From an uncultured Acidobacteriota bacterium (GTDB taxonomy: Bacteria; Acidobacteriota; Terriglobia; Acidiferrales; UBA7541): a stretch of 64,000 nucleotides of DNA. The stretch's first letter is position 1; each line of letters begins with the position of its first letter. The DNA is taken from positions 728,856-792,855 of the forward strand of contig CAVVKE010000002.1 in NCBI GenBank assembly GCA_963748845.1, in the 5' to 3' direction. The notes beneath the pieces were generated by a model. The model ran no database searches and had not been told where the DNA came from. It saw nothing but the letters and a program-made list of their open reading frames with translations. A program made the translations under genes and the position numbers. This document shows, in pieces, positions 61,889-64,000 of the stretch.

Positions 61889-63232
61889 ATGTTTGTAGTC
61901 CTTTGGCAGTTCCAAGTCAAGTGCGGTCTCGAAAAAGAGTTTGAGAAGGTATATGGGTCAGAAGGCGCCTGGGCTACCCTCTTTCGCTCCTCGCCTGCCT
62001 ATCGCGGTACGCGCCTCCTGGGCGACACTGCCCTTCCCGGCCTCTACTACACGATGGATTTCTGGGACTCGCTCGCTGCCTATGATGAATTCCGCCACGA
62101 AAACGCCGTCGCCTATGCCGAGCTCGACCGCCATCACGAGGCGCTAACCGAAAGTGAAGCCTGCCTGGGCAGTTTCGAGACCCCGCCCCCCGCCGCGCTC
62201 TTCGACCTAGCAAGATACTCAAAGCTGCCCTCAGAAAACTCCCGCCTCCACGCTCATAACTCCCGGCAAGTGGTCGGCGAGTATCTGCCACTTCTTCCCC
62301 TCATCGCGCGTGAACCACACCTGCCCATTTTCCGTGCCGAAATAAACTCCCGCGGCGTCGCACGTGTCCGTGGACATCGCTTCGCGCAGAATCGTCTCGT
62401 ACGCGTTCTTCACGGGCAGGCCATTCGTTTGCGTCTGCCACGATTTACCGCTATTCGTCGAGCGGAACACTGCAAGCCGCCCCTTCGGCACCACGCGAAA
62501 CTCCGCGCCAATCAGCGGCAACACCCACACCGTCTTCGGATCGTGTGGATGCACGGCGATGGGGAACCCGAAGCGCGATGGCAGCCCCTCGGAAATATCC
62601 GTCCACGAATCGCCCGCGGAATCGCTGCGGTACATTCCACAATGGTTTTGTTGATAAAGCATCCCCGGCACTCCCGGCGCGAGCGCAAGCTTGTGCACGC
62701 ACTGCCCGAGCTCCGGCGTCGTATCCGGCAGAAAATCCGCGCGCGTCCCCTGATTGCGCGGAATCCATGTAGAGCCGCCGTCGTCGCTGCGGAACACTCC
62801 CGCCGCGGAAATTGCCACGTACATCCGCTTCGGCGCGCTCGGATCGAGCAATATCGTGTGAACGATCATGCCGCCCGCGCCCGGTGTCCACCGCGCGCGT
62901 GTGGCGTGCCGATTGAGGCCTTTTACCTCGCTCCACGTCTCTCCGCCGTCCTCGCTGCGGAAAAGCCCCGCGGGGTCCACGCCGCAATAGACCACTCCCG
63001 GCTCGCTTTCGCGTCCCGGTCGAATGTGCCACAGGCGCTTCACATCCAGCCCGGAATCCTTCTCGTAGCGCACGCCTTCTTTTGTGCGCAGCCAGGTCTT
63101 GCCGCCGTCGTGCGACCGGTGGATGTCCGAGCCGAACCAGTCATTGTTTGCCGCGGCATACAAAGTCTTCCCAGAATCACGAGGATCGGCGATGAAATGA
63201 TGCACATTCATGCCCGTAAAAAGCGGTCCTGA
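61889..63232 (+). CDS. ABM (antibiotic biosynthesis monooxygenase-like) domain ORF; only the first ~100 codons look genuine
   Basis: MFVVLWQFQVKCGLEKEFEKVYGSEGAWATLF...YYTMDFWDSLAAYDEF is ABM-like. After about aa 100 the frame becomes Arg-rich and runs antisense through 62231..63343 with no stop. Confidence 0.35.
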   Translation: MFVVLWQFQVKCGLEKEFEKVYGSEGAWATLFRSSPAYRGTRLLGDTALPGLYYTMDFWDSLAAYDEFRHENAVAYAELDRHHEALTESEACLGSFETPPPAALFDLARYSKLPSENSRLHAHNSRQVVGEYLPLLPLIAREPHLPIFRAEINSRGVARVRGHRFAQNRLVRVLHGQAIRLRLPRFTAIRRAEHCKPPLRHHAKLRANQRQHPHRLRIVWMHGDGEPEARWQPLGNIRPRIARGIAAVHSTMVLLIKHPRHSRRERKLVHALPELRRRIRQKIRARPLIARNPCRAAVVAAEHSRRGNCHVHPLRRARIEQYRVNDHAARARCPPRACGVPIEAFYLAPRLSAVLAAEKPRGVHAAIDHSRLAFASRSNVPQALHIQPGILLVAHAFFCAQPGLAAVVRPVDVRAEPVIVCRGIQSLPRITRIGDEMMHIHARKKRS

Positions 63233-63343
63233 GATCTTCCATGTTTTGCGGCCAAGGTCGCTCTGAAAAATGAATCCACCCTTCCGCGTTCCCACCAGCA
63301 CCATCACCTTGCGTGGCTTCACTCCCACTTTCCCTTTTGACAT
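62231..63343 (-). CDS. BNR/Asp-box repeat beta-propeller protein (sialidase / Sortilin-Vps10-like fold)
   Basis: Five SxDxGxTW-type boxes: SHDGGKTW, SEDGGETW, SDDGGSTW, STNSGKSW, TRDEGKKW. Preferred start is MSKGKVGVKPRKVMVLVGTRKGG at 63343. Confidence 0.8.
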   Translation of the reverse strand: MSKGKVGVKPRKVMVLVGTRKGGFIFQSDLGRKTWKISGPLFTGMNVHHFIADPRDSGKTLYAAANNDWFGSDIHRSHDGGKTWLRTKEGVRYEKDSGLDVKRLWHIRPGRESEPGVVYCGVDPAGLFRSEDGGETWSEVKGLNRHATRARWTPGAGGMIVHTILLDPSAPKRMYVAISAAGVFRSDDGGSTWIPRNQGTRADFLPDTTPELGQCVHKLALAPGVPGMLYQQNHCGMYRSDSAGDSWTDISEGLPSRFGFPIAVHPHDPKTVWVLPLIGAEFRVVPKGRLAVFRSTNSGKSWQTQTNGLPVKNAYETILREAMSTDTCDAAGVYFGTENGQVWFTRDEGKKWQILADHLPGVMSVEAGVF

Positions 63344-63351
63344 GGATTTGT

Positions 63352-64000
63352 TCACCCAGCCCTTCCCGCGCGCTTCGCGAAAAATTTGGAAATACATTCC
63401 ACTGGCAGATCCGGCAGCAGAAACTTTTTGTGCACCCCATCGGCGGCAATAATTGCTTCGGCGGCCAGGTACCCGCTGCGCACTGCTCCCTCCATCGTTG
63501 CAGGCCAGCCCGTGGCTGTCCAGTCCCCAGCGAGGGACAGGTGACGAATCGGGCTTACCGCACGCGGCCGCCATCGGTCGCACCCTGGCTCCGGCGAAAA
63601 AGTCGCCAGCGGCTCCTTGATGACCGTGAATTTCACGAGCTGTGCCTCGCGCGCGGCCGGTAGCACTCGCCGGACCTCAACGAGGCATTCATCCACGATC
63701 TCCTGGCGCGATTTCTGCACCAGCGAATAACTCGCGCTCACCACAAGTTGTAAATACTGGCCGCCGCCCGCTCGTGCCGCTCCATCCCCACCGTATAGCA
63801 GCGTCTTATTGAAAATCCATTGCGTAGTCATTCCCAGCAGCGCCAGATACGCCTCCTTCATAACTACCCTGTCGAACCAAAGGTGAATCCCGGTAATCGG
63901 CGACGTGCGAAGTTTCGCCAGATTCGCGAACGTCGCCTCGCCCGTAGCGACTTCTGCCGGCAGTAATCCCGGCAATTCGCCATGCGGCACCGCCGCGATG
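63352..64000 (-). CDS. hpnE: FAD-dependent amine-oxidase/desaturase family, HpnE-like (C-terminal part; the gene continues past the window)
   Basis: GIHLWFDR..., ATFSPEPG..RP, and LAGDWTATGWPATMEGAVRSGYLAAEAI are typical of the squalene-associated desaturase family. Confidence 0.6.
   Translation of the reverse strand, partial: IAAVPHGELPGLLPAEVATGEATFANLAKLRTSPITGIHLWFDRVVMKEAYLALLGMTTQWIFNKTLLYGGDGAARAGGGQYLQLVVSASYSLVQKSRQEIVDECLVEVRRVLPAAREAQLVKFTVIKEPLATFSPEPGCDRWRPRAVSPIRHLSLAGDWTATGWPATMEGAVRSGYLAAEAIIAADGVHKKFLLPDLPVECISKFFAKRAGRAG

Noticed and set aside
1-64000. CRISPR arrays, rRNA genes, additional complete tRNA genes, reverse transcriptase/retron or DGR components
   Set aside because: Visual scanning of the intergenic regions found no spaced direct-repeat arrays, no rRNA-like segments, no second T-arm (GGTTCGA-type) sequence and no RT motifs. 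An automated scan would be needed to be certain.

Overview
This is a 64-kb window from a moderately GC-rich bacterium. The protein repertoire looks acidobacterial/Terriglobia-like, but that is inference only.

Layout:
1. 1-2195: the 3' part of a gene fusing an Mrr-like nuclease to a STAND NTPase.
2. 2488-2562: tRNA-Lys(UUU), followed by a ~13.8-kb integrated element (2526-16376).
 - It is bounded by a perfect 37-bp direct repeat equal to the 5' half of the tRNA.
 - It carries a tyrosine integrase, a SprT-like protease, XRE and Xis-like regulators, a P4-type primase-helicase, and putative small plus large terminase. No capsid, portal, tail or lysis genes are recognisable.
 - Its cargo block holds small secreted and zinc-ribbon proteins, large hairpins and palindromes, and an orphan proteasome-beta/HslV-like Ntn hydrolase.
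3. 16.4-20.1 kb: a decayed second integrase, a 968-aa lipoprotein with 8 tandem Ig-like repeats plus FN3, and a degenerate tRNA-Lys-like half fragment.
4. 20.4-56.1 kb: a Wzx/Wzy-type polysaccharide locus of about 36 kb.
 - It is headed by a NusG/RfaH-like paralog that is preceded by an ops-like GGCGGTAGCCTG.
 - It encodes a WbpB/D/E-like diacetamido-sugar triad, a GmhA/HddA/GmhB/HddC GDP-heptose pathway, GT2/GT4 transferases, a flippase and a polymerase/ligase-like protein.
 - It also encodes FemAB-like, CE4-like and AsnB-like enzymes, two beta-helix proteins with an identical C-terminal tail, and a priming phosphoglycosyltransferase with a degenerate GGDEF-like N-domain.
5. 56-64 kb: core genes (hpf, DUF72, beta-propeller, cytochrome c, BNR protein, hpnE-like), interrupted by an IS3-like insertion sequence.

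No rRNA genes and no CRISPR array were seen. All calls come from reading the sequence and ORF translations by eye. No database search was run.
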